From Eledone cirrhosa (Eukaryota), in contig OZ024742.1 of assembly GCA_964016885.1 (NCBI GenBank), forward strand, positions 25,296,001 through 25,360,000: DNA of 64,000 nucleotides. Reading direction: 5' to 3'. Position numbers and translations under genes: made by a program. Positions 1 through 15,000 of the stretch are shown here, piece by piece. The notes beneath the pieces are model-generated. The model was not told the origin of the DNA and did no database searches. It was given only the letters and a program-made list of their open reading frames with translations. Position 1 is the first letter of the stretch; each line of letters begins with the position of its first letter.

Positions 1-3000
1 CTACAGACATCATACAGAATACCCTTCACTCTGAGAGAGACATCCCTTATTACTTTACTACAGACATCATACAGTCTACCTCTCACTCTGAGAGAGACAC
101 CCCATATTACCTTACTACAGACATCATACAGTCTACCCTACACACTGAGTGAGACACCCCATATTACTTTACTACAGACATCATACAGTCTACCCTACAC
201 TCTGAGAGAGGCACCCCATATTACTTTACTACAGACATCATACAGTCTACCCTACACTCTGAGACACCCCATATTACTTTACTACAGACATCATACAGTC
301 TACCCTACACTCTGAGAGAGACACCCTATATTACTTTACTACAGACATCATACAGACTATACCTCACATTGACAGAGACACCCCATATTACTTAACTACA
401 GACATCATACAGTCTACCCTACACACTGAGTGAGACACCTCATATTACTTTACTACAGGCATCATACAGTCTACCCAACACTCTGAGTGAGACACCCTAT
501 ATTACTTTACTACAGACATCATACAATCTACCCCTCACTCTGAGAGAGACACCCCATATTACTTTACTACAGACATCATACAGTCTACCCTACATTCTGA
601 GAGAGACACCCCATATTACTTTACTACAGACATCATACAGTCTACCCTACACTCTGAGTGAGACACCCCATATTACTTTAAAACATACATCATACAATCT
701 ACCCCTTACTCTGAGAGAGACACCCCATATTACTTTACTACAGACATCATACATTCTACCCTACACTCTGAGAGAGACACCCCGTATTACCTTACTACAG
801 ACATCATACAGTCTACCCTACACACTGAGTGAGACACCTCATATTACTTTACTACAGGCATCATACAGAATACCCTTCACTCTGAGAGAGACACCCCATA
901 TTACTTTACTACAGACATCATACAGAATACCCTTCACTCCGAGAGAGACACCCCATATTACTTTACTACAGACATCATACAGTCTACCCTACACTCTGAG
1001 AGAGGCACCCCATATTACTTTACTACAGACATCATACAGTCTACCCCTCACTCTGAGAGAGACACCCCATATTACCTTACTACAGACATCATACAGTCTA
1101 CCCTACACACTGAGTGAGACACCTCATATTACTTTACTACAGGCATCATACAGTCTACCCAACACTCTGAGTGAGACACCCCATATTACTTTACTACAGA
1201 CATCATACAGAATACCCTATACTCTGAGAGAGGCACCCCATATTACTTTACTACAGACATCATACAGTCTACCCCTCACTCTGAGAGAGACACCCCATAT
1301 TACTTTACTACAGACATCATACAGTCTACCCTACACTCTGAGAGAGGCACCCCATATTACTTTACTACAGACATCATACAGTCTACCCCTCACTCTGAGA
1401 GAGACACCCCATATTACTTTACTACAGACATCATACAGTATACCCTACACTCTGAGAGAGACACCCCCTATTACTTTACTACAGACATCATACAGTCTAC
1501 CCTACATTCTGAGAGAGACACCCCATATTACTTTACTACAGACATCATACAGTCTACCCTACATTCTGAGAGAGACACCCCATATTACACCACTACAGAC
1601 GTCATACAGTCTACACTACACTCTGAGAGAGACACCCCATATTACTATACTACAGACATCATACAGTGTACCCTTCACTCTGACTAAGACACCCTATATT
1701 ACTTTACTACAGACATCATACAGTCTACCCTTCACTCTAAATGAGACACCCCATATTACTTTAAAACATACATCATACAATCTACCCCTCACCCTGAGAG
1801 AGACGCTCCATATTACTTTACTACAGACATCATACAGTCTACCCTACATTCTGAGAGAGACACCCCATATTACTTTACTACAGACATCATACAGACTACC
1901 CTTCACACTGAGTGAGACACCCTATATTACTTTACTACAGGCATCATACAGTCTACCCAACACTCTGAGTGAGACACCCCATATTACTTCACTACAGACA
2001 TCATACAGAATACCCTCCACTCTGAGAAAGACACCCCATATTAATTTACTACAGACATTATACAATCTACCCCTCACTCTGAGTGAGACACCCTATATTA
2101 CTTTACTACAGACATCATACAATCTACCCCTCCTCTGAGTGAGACACCCCATATTACTTCACTACAGACATCATACAGTCTACCCTGCACTCTGAGTTAG
2201 AGACCCCATACTACTTTACTACAGACATCATACTGTCTACCCTACACTCTGAGTGAGATACTCTATATAACTTTACTACAGACATCATACAGTCTACCCT
2301 ACACTCTGAGAGAGAGACCCCATAGTAGTTTAATACAGACATCATACAGTCTACCCCACACTCTGAGTGAAACACCCCATATTACTTTACTACATACATC
2401 ATACAGTCTACCCTATACACTGAGTGAGACACCCTATATTACTTTACTACAGACATTATACAATCTACCCTACACTCTGAGTGAGACACCCCATATTACT
2501 TTACAACAGTCATCATACAGTCTACCCTAAACTCGGAGAGAGACACCCCATATAACTTCACTACAGACATTATACAATCTACCCCTCACTCTGAGAGAGA
2601 CACCCTATATTACTTTACTATAGACATCATACAGTCTACTCTACACTCTGAGAGAGACACCCCATGTTACTTTACTACAGACATTATATAGTCTACCCTT
2701 CACTCTGAGAGAGACACCCTATATTACTTTACTACAGACATCATACTGTCTACCCTTCACTCTGAGTGAGACACCCCATATTACTTCACTACAGACATCA
2801 AACAGTCTACCCTTCACTCTGACTGAGACACCCTATATTACTTTACTACAGACATTTTACAGTCTACCCTACACTATGAGTGAGACACCCCATATTACTT
2901 TACTACAGTCATCATACAATCTACCCTACAATCTGAGTGAGACACCCCATATTACTTTACTACAGACATCATACACTCTACCCTACACTCTGAGAGAGAC

Positions 3001-6000
3001 ACCCCATATTACCTTACTATAGACATCATACAGTCTACCCTACACTCTGAGAGAGACACCCCATATTACTTTACTAAACATCATACGGACTACCCTTCAC
3101 ACTGAGTGAGACACCCCATATTACTTAACTACAGATATCATATCATCTACCCTACACACTGAGTGAGACACCTCATATTACTTTACTACAGGCATCATAC
3201 AGTCTACCCTACACACTGAGTGAGACACCTCATATTACTTTACTACAGGCATCATACAGTCTCCCCAACACTCTGAGTGAGACACCCTATATTACTTTAC
3301 TACAGACATCATACAATCTACGCTTCACTCTGAGAGAGACACACCATATTACTTTACTACAGACGTCATACAGTCTACACTACAGTCTGAGAGAGACACC
3401 CCATATTACTTTACTACAGACATCATACAGTCTACCCTACACTCTGAGTGAGACACCCCATATTACGTTAAAACATACATCATACAATCTACCCCTCACT
3501 CTGAGAGAGACACCCCATATTACTTTACTACAGACATCATACAGTCTACCCTACATTCTGAGAGAGACACCCCATATTACTTTACTACAGACATCATACA
3601 GTCTACCCTACACTCTGAGTGAGACACCCCATATTACTTTAAAACATACATCATACAATCTACCCCTTACTCTGAGAGAGACACCCCATATTACTTTACT
3701 ACAGACATCATACATTCTACCCTACACTCTGAGAGAGACACCCCATATTACCTTACTACAGACATCATACAGTCTACCCTACACACTGAGTGAGACACCT
3801 CATATTACTTTACTACAGGCATCATACAGAATACCCTTCACTCTGAGAGAGACACCCCATATTACTTTACTACAGACATCATACAGAATACCCTTCACTC
3901 TGAGAGAGACACCCCATATTACTTTACTACAGACATCATACAGTCTACCCCTCACTCTGAGAGAGACACCCCATATTACCTTACTACAGACATCATACAG
4001 TCTACCCTACACACTGAGTGAGACACCTCATATTACTTTACTACAGGCATCATACAGTCTACCCAACACTCTGAGTGAGACACCCCATATTACTTTACTA
4101 CAGACATCATACAGAATACCCTATACTCTGAGAGAGGCACCCCATATTACTTTACTACAGACATCATACAGTCTACCCCTCACTCTGAGAGAGACACCCC
4201 ATATTACTTTACTACAGACATCATACAGTCTACCCTACACTCTGAGAGAGGCACCCCATATTACTTTACTACAGACATCATACAGTCTACCCCTCACTCT
4301 GAGAGAGACACCCCATATTACTTTACTACAGACATCATACAGTATACCCTACACTCTGAGAGAGACACCCCATATTACTTTACTACAGACATCATACAGT
4401 CTACCCTACATTCTGAGAGAGACACCCCATATTACTTTACTACAGACATCATACAGTCTACCCTACATTCTGAGAGAGACACCCCATATTACACCACTAC
4501 AGACGTCATACAGTCTACACTACACTCTGAGAGAGACACCCCATATTACTATACTACAGACATCATACAGTGTACCCTTCACTCTGACTAAGACACCCTA
4601 TATTACTTTACTACAGACATCATACAGTCTACCCTTCACTCTAAATGAGACACCCCATATTACTTTAAAACATACATCATACAATCTACCCCTCACCCTG
4701 AGAGAGACGCTCCATATTACTTTACTACAGACATCATACAGTCTACCCTACATTCTGAGAGAGACACCCCATATTACTTTACTACAGACATCATACAGAC
4801 TACCCTTCACACTGAGTGAGACACCCTATATTACTTTACTACAGGCATCATACAGTCTACCCAACACTCTGAGTGAGACACCCCATATTACTTCACTACA
4901 GACATCATACAAAATACCCTCCACTCTGAGAGAGACACCCCATATTAATTTACTACAGACATTATACAATCTACCCCTCACTCTGAGTGAGACACCCTAT
5001 ATTACTTTACTACAGACATCATACAATCTAACCCTCCTCTGAGTGAGACACCCCATATTACTTCACTACAGACATCATACAGTCTACCCTGCACTCTGAG
5101 TTAGAGACCCCATACTACTTTACTACAGACATCATACTGTCTACCCTACACTCTGAGTGAGATACTCTATATTACTTTACTACAGACATCATACAGTCTA
5201 CCCTACACTCTGAGAGAGAGACCCCATAGTAGTTTAATACAGACATCATACAGTCTACCCTATACACTGAGTGAGACACCCTATATTACTTTACTACAGA
5301 CATTATACAATCTACCCTACACTCTGAGTGAGACACCCCATATTACTTTACAACAGTCATCATACAGTCTACCCTAAACTCGGAGAGAGACACCCTATAT
5401 TACTTTACTATAGACATCATACAGTCTACTCTACACTCTGAGAGAGACACCCCATGTTACTTTACTACAGACATTATATAGTCTACCCTTCACTCTGAGA
5501 GAGACACCCTATATTACTTTACTACAGACATCATACTGTCTACCCTTCACTCTGAGTGAGACACCCCATATTACTTCACTACAGACATCAAACAGTCTAC
5601 CCTTCACTCTGACTGAGACACCCCATATTACTTTACTACAGACATCATACACTCTACCCTACACTCTGAGAGAGACACCCCATATTACCTTACTATAGAC
5701 ATCATACAGTCTACCCTACACTCTGAGAGAGACACCCCATATTACTTTACTAAACATCATACGGACTACCCTTCACACTGAGTGAGACACCCCATATTAC
5801 TTAACTACAGATATCATATCATCTACCCTACACACTGAGTGAGACACCTCATATTACTTTACTACAGGCATCATACAGTCTACCCTACACACTGAGTGAG
5901 ACACCTCATATTACTTTACTACAGGCATCATACAGTCTCCCCAACACTCTGAGTGAGACACCCTATATTACTTTACTACAGACATCATACAATCTACGCT

Positions 6001-9000
6001 TCACTCTGAGAGAGACACACCATATTACTTTACTACAGACGTCATACAGTCTACACTACAGTCTGAGAGAGACACCCCATATTACTTTACTACAGACATC
6101 ATACAGTCTACCCTACACTCTGAGTGAGACACCCCATATTACGTTAAAACATACATCATACAATCTACCCCTCACTCTGAGAGAGACACCCCATATTACT
6201 TTACTACAGACATCATACAGTCTACCCTACATTCTGAGAGAGACACCCCATATTACTTTACTACAGACATCATACAGTCTACCCTACACTCTGAGTGAGA
6301 CACCCCATATTACTTTAAAACATACATCATACAATCTACCCCTTACTCTGAGAGAGACACCCCATATTACTTTACTACAGACATCATACATTCTACCCTA
6401 CACTCTGAGAGAGACACCCCATATTACCTTACTACAGACATCATACAGTCTACCCTACACACTGAGTGAGACACCTCATATTACTTTACTACAGGCATCA
6501 TACAGAATACCCTTCACTCTGAGAGAGACACCCCATATTACTTTACTACAGACATCATACAGAATACCCTTCACTCTGAGAGAGACACCCCATATTACTT
6601 TACTACAGACATCATACAGTCTACCCCTCACTCTGAGAGAGACACCCCATATTACCTTACTACAGACATCATACAGTCTACCCTACACACTGAGTGAGAC
6701 ACCTCATATTACTTTACTACAGGCATCATACAGTCTACCCAACACTCTGAGTGAGACACCCCATATTACTTTACTACAGACATCATACAGAATACCCTAT
6801 ACTCTGAGAGAGGCACCCCATATTACTTTACTACAGACATCATACAGTCTACCCCTCACTCTGAGAGAGACACCCCATATTACTTTACTACAGACATCAT
6901 ACAGTCTACCCTACACTCTGAGAGAGGCACCCCATATTACTTTACTACAGACATCATACAGTCTACCCCTCACTCTGAGAGAGACACCCCATATTACTTT
7001 ACTACAGACATCATACAGTATACCCTACACTCTGAGAGAGACACCCCATATTACTTTACTACAGACATCATACAGTCTACCCTACATTCTGAGAGAGACA
7101 CCCCATATTACTTTACTACAGACATCATACAGTCTACCCTACATTCTGAGAGAGACACCCCATATTACACCACTACAGACGTCATACAGTCTACACTACA
7201 CTCTGAGAGAGACACCCCATATTACTATACTACAGACATCATACAGTGTACCCTTCACTCTGACTAAGACACCCTATATTACTTTACTACAGACATCATA
7301 CAGTCTACCCTTCACTCTAAATGAGACACCCCATATTACTTTAAAACATACATCATACAATCTACCCCTCACCCTGAGAGAGACGCTCCATATTACTTTA
7401 CTACAGACATCATACAGTCTACCCTACATTCTGAGAGAGACACCCCATATTACTTTACTACAGACATCATACAGACTACCCTTCACACTGAGTGAGACAC
7501 CCTATATTACTTTACTACAGGCATCATACAGTCTACCCAACACTCTGAGTGAGACACCCCATATTACTTCACTACAGACATCATACAAAATACCCTCCAC
7601 TCTGAGAGAGACACCCGATATTAATTTACTACAGACATTATACAATCTACCCCTCACTCTGAGTGAGACACCCTATATTACTTTACTACAGACATCATAC
7701 AATCTAACCCTCCTCTGAGTGAGACACCCCATATTACTTCACTACAGACATCATACAGTCTACCCTGCACTCTGAGTTAGAGACCCCATACTACTTTACT
7801 ACAGACATCATACTGTCTACCCTACACTCTGAGTGAGATACTCTATATTACTTTACTACAGACATCATACAGTCTACCCTACACTCTGAGAGAGAGACCC
7901 CATAGTAGTTTAATACAGACATCATACAGTCTACCCTATACACTGAGTGAGACACCCTATATTACTTTACTACAGACATTATACAATCTACCCTACACTC
8001 TGAGTGAGACACCCCATATTACTTTACAACAGTCATCATACAGTCTACCCTAAACTCGGAGAGAGACACCCTATATTACTTTACTATAGACATCATACAG
8101 TCTACTCTACACTCTGAGAGAGACACCCCATGTTACTTTACTACAGACATTATATAGTCTACCCTTCACTCTGAGAGAGACACCCTATATTACTTTACTA
8201 CAGACATCATACTGTCTACCCTTCACTCTGAGTGAGACACCCCATATTACTTCACTACAGACATCAAACAGTCTACCCTTCACTCTGACTGAGACACCCT
8301 ATATTACTTTACTACAGACATTTTACAGTCTACCCTACACTATGAGTGAGACACCCCATATTACTTTACTACAGTCATCATACAATCTACCCTACAATCT
8401 GAGTGAGACACCCCATATTACTTTACTACAGACATCATACACTCTACCCTACACTCTGAGAGAGACACCCCATATTACCTTACTATAGACATCATACAGT
8501 CTACCCTACACTCTGAGAGAGACACCCCATATTACTTTACTAAACATCATACGGACTACCCTTCACACTGAGTGAGACACCCCATATTACTTAACTACAG
8601 ATATCATATCATCTACCCTACACACTGAGTGAGACACCTCATATTACTTTACTACAGGCATCATACAGTCTACCCAACACCCTGAGTGAGACACCCCATA
8701 TTACTTTACTACAGTTATCATACAGAATAACCTACACTCTGAGAGAGACACCCAATATTACTTTACTACAGACATCATACAGTCTACCCTACACTCTGAT
8801 AGAGGCACCCCATATTACTTTACTACAGACATCATACAGTCTACCCCTCACTCTAAGAGAGACACCTCATATTACATTACTACAGACATCATACACTCTA
8901 CCCTACACTCTGAGAGAGACACCCCATATTACTTTACTACAGACATCATACAGTCTACCCTACACTCTGAGAGAGACACCCCATATTACTTTACTACAGA

Positions 9001-12000
9001 CATCATACAGTCTACCCTACACTCTGAGTGAGACACCCCATATTACTTTAAAACATGCATCATACAATCTACCCCTCACTCTGAGAGAGACACCCCATAT
9101 TACTTTACTACAGACATCATACATTCTACTCTACACACTGAGAGAGACATCCCTTATTACTTTACTACAGACATCATACAGTCTACCCCTCACTCTGAGA
9201 GAGACACCCCATATTACCTTACTACAGACATCATACAGTCTACCCTACACACTGAGTGAGACACCTCATATTACTTTACTACAGGCATCATACAGTCTAC
9301 CCAACACACTGAGTGAGACACCCCATATTACTTTACTACAGACATCATACAGTCTACCCTACACTCTGAGAGAGGCACCCCATATTACTTTACTACAGAC
9401 ATCATACAGTCTACCCTACACTCTGAGAGACACACCCCATATTACTTTACTACAGACATCATACAGACCATACCTCACACTGACAGAGACACCCCATATT
9501 ACTTAACTACAGACATCATACAGTCTACCCTACACACTGAGTGAGACACCTCATATTACTTTACTACAGGCATCATACACTCTACCCAACACTCTGAGTG
9601 AGACACCCTATATTACTTTACTACAGACATCATACAATCTACGCTTCACTCTGAGAGAGACACCCCATATTACTTTACTACAGACGTCATACAGTCTACA
9701 CTACACTCTGAGAGAGACACCCCATATTACTTTACTACAGACATCATACAGTCTACCCTACACTCTGAGTGAGTCACACCATATTACTTCAAAACATACA
9801 TCATACAATCTACCCCTCACTCTGAGAGAGACACCCCATATTACTTTACTACAGACATCATACAGTCTACCCTTCATTCTGAGAGAGACACCCCATATTA
9901 CTTTACTACATACATCATACAGTCTACCCTACACTCTGATTGAGACACCCCATATTACCTTAAAACATGCATCATACAATCTACCCCTCACTCTGAGAGA
10001 GACACCCCATATTACTTTACTACAGACATCATACATTCTACCCTACACTCTGAGAGAGACATCCCTTATTACTTTACTACAGACATCATAGAGTCTACCC
10101 CTCACTCTGAGAGAGACACCCCATATTACCTTACTACAGACATCATACAGTCTACCCTACACACTGAGTGAGACACCTCATATTACTTTACTACAGGCAT
10201 CATACAGTCTACCCAACACACTGAGTGAGACACCCCATATTACTTTACTACAGACATCATACAGAATACCCTTCACTCTGAGAGAGACACCCCATATTAC
10301 TTTACTACATACATCATACAGTCTACCCTACACTCTGAGAGAGGCACCCCATATTACTTTACTACAGACATCATACAGTCTACCCCTCACTCTGAGAGAG
10401 ACACCCCATATTACCTTACTACAGACATCATACAGTCTACCCGACACTCTGAGAGAGGCACCCCTTATTACTTTACGACAGACATCATACAGTCTACCCC
10501 TCACTCTGAGTGAAACACCCCATATTACTTTACTACAGACATCATACAGACTACCCTTCACACTGAGTGAGACACCCCATATTAATTTATTACAGACGTC
10601 ATACAGTTTACCTTATACACTGAGTGAGACACCCTATATTACTTTACTAAAAGGCATTATACAGCCTACCCTTCACACTGAGTGAGACACCCTATATTAC
10701 TTTACTACAGGCATCATACGGTCTACCCAACACTCTGAGTGAGACACCCCATATTACTTCACTACAGACATCATACAGAATACCCTTCACTCTGAGAGAG
10801 ACACCCCATATTAATTTACTACAGACATTATACAATCTACCCCTCACTCTGAGTGAGACACCCTATATTACTTTACTACAGACATCATACAATCTACCCC
10901 TCCTCTGAATGAGACACCCCATATTACTTTACTACAGACATCATACAGTCTACCCTGCACTCTGAGTTAGAGACCCCATACTACTTTACTACAGACATCA
11001 TACTGTCTACCCTACACTCTGAGTGAGATACTCTATATTACTTTACTACAGACATCATACAGTCTACCCTACACTCTGAGAGAGAGACCCCATAGTAGTT
11101 TAATACAGACATCATACAGTCTACCCCACACTCTGAGTGAAACACCCCATATTACTTTACTACATACATCATACAGTCTACCCTATACACTGCGTGAGAC
11201 ACCCTATATTACTTTACTACAGACATTATACAATCTACCCTACACTCTGAGTGAGACACCCCATATTACTTTACTACAGTCATCATACAGTCTACCCTAA
11301 ACTCGGAGAGAGACACCCCATGTTACTTTACTACAGACATCATATAGTCTACCCTTCAGACTGAGTGAGACACCCCATATTACTTCACTACAGACATCAA
11401 ACAGTCTACCCTTCACTCTGACTGAGACACCCTATATTACTTTACTACAGACATTTTACAGTCTACCCTACACTATGAGTGAGACACCCCATATTACTTT
11501 ACTACAGTCATCATACAATCTACCCTACAAGCTGAGTGAGACAGCCCATATTACTTTACTACAGACATCATACACTCTACCCTACACACTGAGAGAGACA
11601 CTCCATATTACCTTACTATAGACATCATACAGTCTACCCTACACTCTGAGAGAGACACCCCATATTACTTTACTAAACATCATACGGACTACCCTTCACA
11701 CTGAGTGAGACACCCCATATTACTTAACTACAGACATCATATCATCTACCCTACACACTGAGTGAGACACCCCATATTACTTTACTACAGACATCATACA
11801 GTCTACCCCACACTCTAAGAGAGACACCCCATATTACATTACTACAGACATCATACACTCTACCCTACACTCTGAGAGAGACACCCCATATTACTTTACT
11901 ACAGACATCATACAGTCTACCCTACACTCTGAGAGAGACACCCCATATTACTTTACTACAGACATCATACAGTCTACCCTACACTCTGAGTGAGACACCC

Positions 12001-15000
12001 CATATTACTTTAAAACATGCATCATACAATCTACCCCTCACTCTGAGAGAGACACCCCATATTACTTTACTACAGACATTATACATTCTACTCTACACTC
12101 TGAGAGAGACATCCCTTATTACTTTACTACAGACATCATACAGTCTACCCCTCACTCTGAGAGAGACACCCCATATTACCTTACTACAGACATCATACAG
12201 TCTACCCTACACACTGAGTGAGACACCCCATATTACTTTACTACATACATCATACAGTCTACCCTACACTCTGATTGAGACACCCCATATTAACTTAAAA
12301 CATGCATCATACAATCTACCCCTCACTCTGAGAGAGACACCCCATATTACTTTACTACAGATATCATACATTCTACCCTACACTCTGAGAGAGACACCCC
12401 ATATTACCTTACTACAGACATCATACAGTCTACCCTACACACTGAGTGAGACACCTCATATTACTTTACTACAGGCATCATACAGAATACCCTTCACTCT
12501 GAGAGAGACACCCCATATTACTTTACTACAGACATCATACAGAATACCCTTCACTCTGAGAGAGACACCCCATATTACTTTACTACAGACATCATACAGT
12601 CTACCCTACACTCTGAGAGAGGCACCCCATATTACTTTACTTCAGACATCATACAGTCTACCCCTCACACTGAGAGAGACACCCCATATTACCTTACTAC
12701 AGACATCATACAGTCTACCCTACACACTGAGTGAGACACCTCATATTACTTTACTACAGGCATCATACAGTCTACCCAACACTCTGAGTGAAAACACCCC
12801 ATATTACTTTACTACAGACATCATACAGAATACCCTATACTCTGAGAGAGGCACCCCATATTACTTTACTACAGACATCATACAGTCTACCCCTCACTCT
12901 GAGAGAGACACCCCATATTACTTTACTACAGACATCATACAGTCTACCCTACACTCTGAGAGAGGCACCCCATATTACTTTACTACAGACATCATACAGT
13001 CTACCCCTCACTCTGAGAGAGACACCCCATATTACTTTACTACAGACATCATACAGTATACCCTACACTCTGAGAGAGACACCCCATATTACTTTACTAC
13101 AGACATCATACAGTCTACCCTACATTCTGAGAGAGACACCCCATATTACTTTACAACAGACATCATACAGTCTACCCTACACTCTGAGTGAGACACCCCA
13201 TATTACTTTAAAACATACATCATACAATCTACCCCTCACTCTGAGAGAGACACCCCATATTACTTTACTACATACATCATACAGTCTAACTTACACTCTG
13301 AGTGAGACACCCCATATTACTTTAAAACATACATCATACAATCTAACCCTCACTCTGAGAGAGACACCCCATATTACTTTACTACAGACATCATACATTC
13401 TACCCTACACTCTGAGAGAGACTCCCCTTATTACTTTACTACAGACATCATACTGTCTACCCTTCACTCTGAGTGAGACACCCTATATTACTTTACTAGA
13501 GACATCATACAGTCTACCCGACACTCTGAGTGAGACACCCCATATTACTTTAAAACATACATCATACAATCTACCCCTCACTCTGAGAGAGACACCCCAT
13601 ATTACCTTACTACATACATCATACAGTCTACCCTACACTCCGAGAGAGACACCCCATATTACTTTACTACAGACATCATACAGACTATACCTCACACTGA
13701 GAGAGACACCCCATAGTACTTAACTACAGACATCATACAGTCTACCCTACACACTGAGTGAGACACCTCATATTACTTTACTACAGGCATCATACAGTCT
13801 ACCCAACACTCTGAGTGAGACACACCATATCACTTTACTACAGACATAATACAGTCTACCCTTCACTCTGAGAGAGACACCCCATATTACTTTACTACAG
13901 ACATCATACTGTCTACCCTTAACTCTGAGTGAGACACCCTATATTACTTTACTACAGACATCATACAGTCTACCCAACACTCTGAGTGAGACACCCCATA
14001 TTACTTTAAAACATACATCATACAATCTACCCCTCACTCTGAGAGAGACACCCCATGTTACTTTACTACAGACATCATACAGTCTACCCTACATTCTGAG
14101 TGAGACACCCCATATTACTTTACTACAGACATCATCCAGTCTACCCTACACTCTGAGTGAGACACCCCATATTACTTTACTACAGACATCATACAGTCTA
14201 CCCTACACTTTGAGAGAGACACCCTACATTCTTTACTACAGACGTCATATAGTCTACCCTACACTCTGAGTGAGACACCCCATATTACTTTAAAACATAC
14301 ATCATACAATCTACCTCTCACTCTGAGAGAGACACCCCATATTACTTTACTACATACATCATACAGTCTACACTACACTCTGAGAGAGACACCCTATATT
14401 ACTTTACTACAGACATCATACAGTCTACCCTACTTTCTGAGTGAGACACCCCATATTACTTTAATACATACATCATACAGTCTAACCTACACTCTGAGTG
14501 AGACACCCCATATTACTTTAAAACATACATCATACAATCTACCCCTCACTCTGAGAGAGACACCCCATATTACTTTACTACAGACATCATTCTATCCTAC
14601 ACTCTACATTCTTTACTACAGACGTCATATAGTCTACCCTACACTCTGAGTGAGACACCCCATATTACTTTAAAACATACATCATACAATCTACCTCTCA
14701 CTCTGAGAGAGACACCCCATATTACTTTACTACAGACATCATACAGTCTACCCTACACTCTGAGTGAGGCACCCCATATTATTTAAAACATACATCATAC
14801 AATCTACCCCTCACTCTGAGAGAGACACCCCATATTACTTTAATACATACATCATACAGTCTAACCTACACTCTGAGTGAGACACCCCATATTACTTTAA
14901 AACATACATCATACAATCTACCCCTCACTCTGAGAGAGACACCCCATATTACTTTACTACAGACATCATTCTATCCTACACTCTGAGAGAGACTCCCCTT

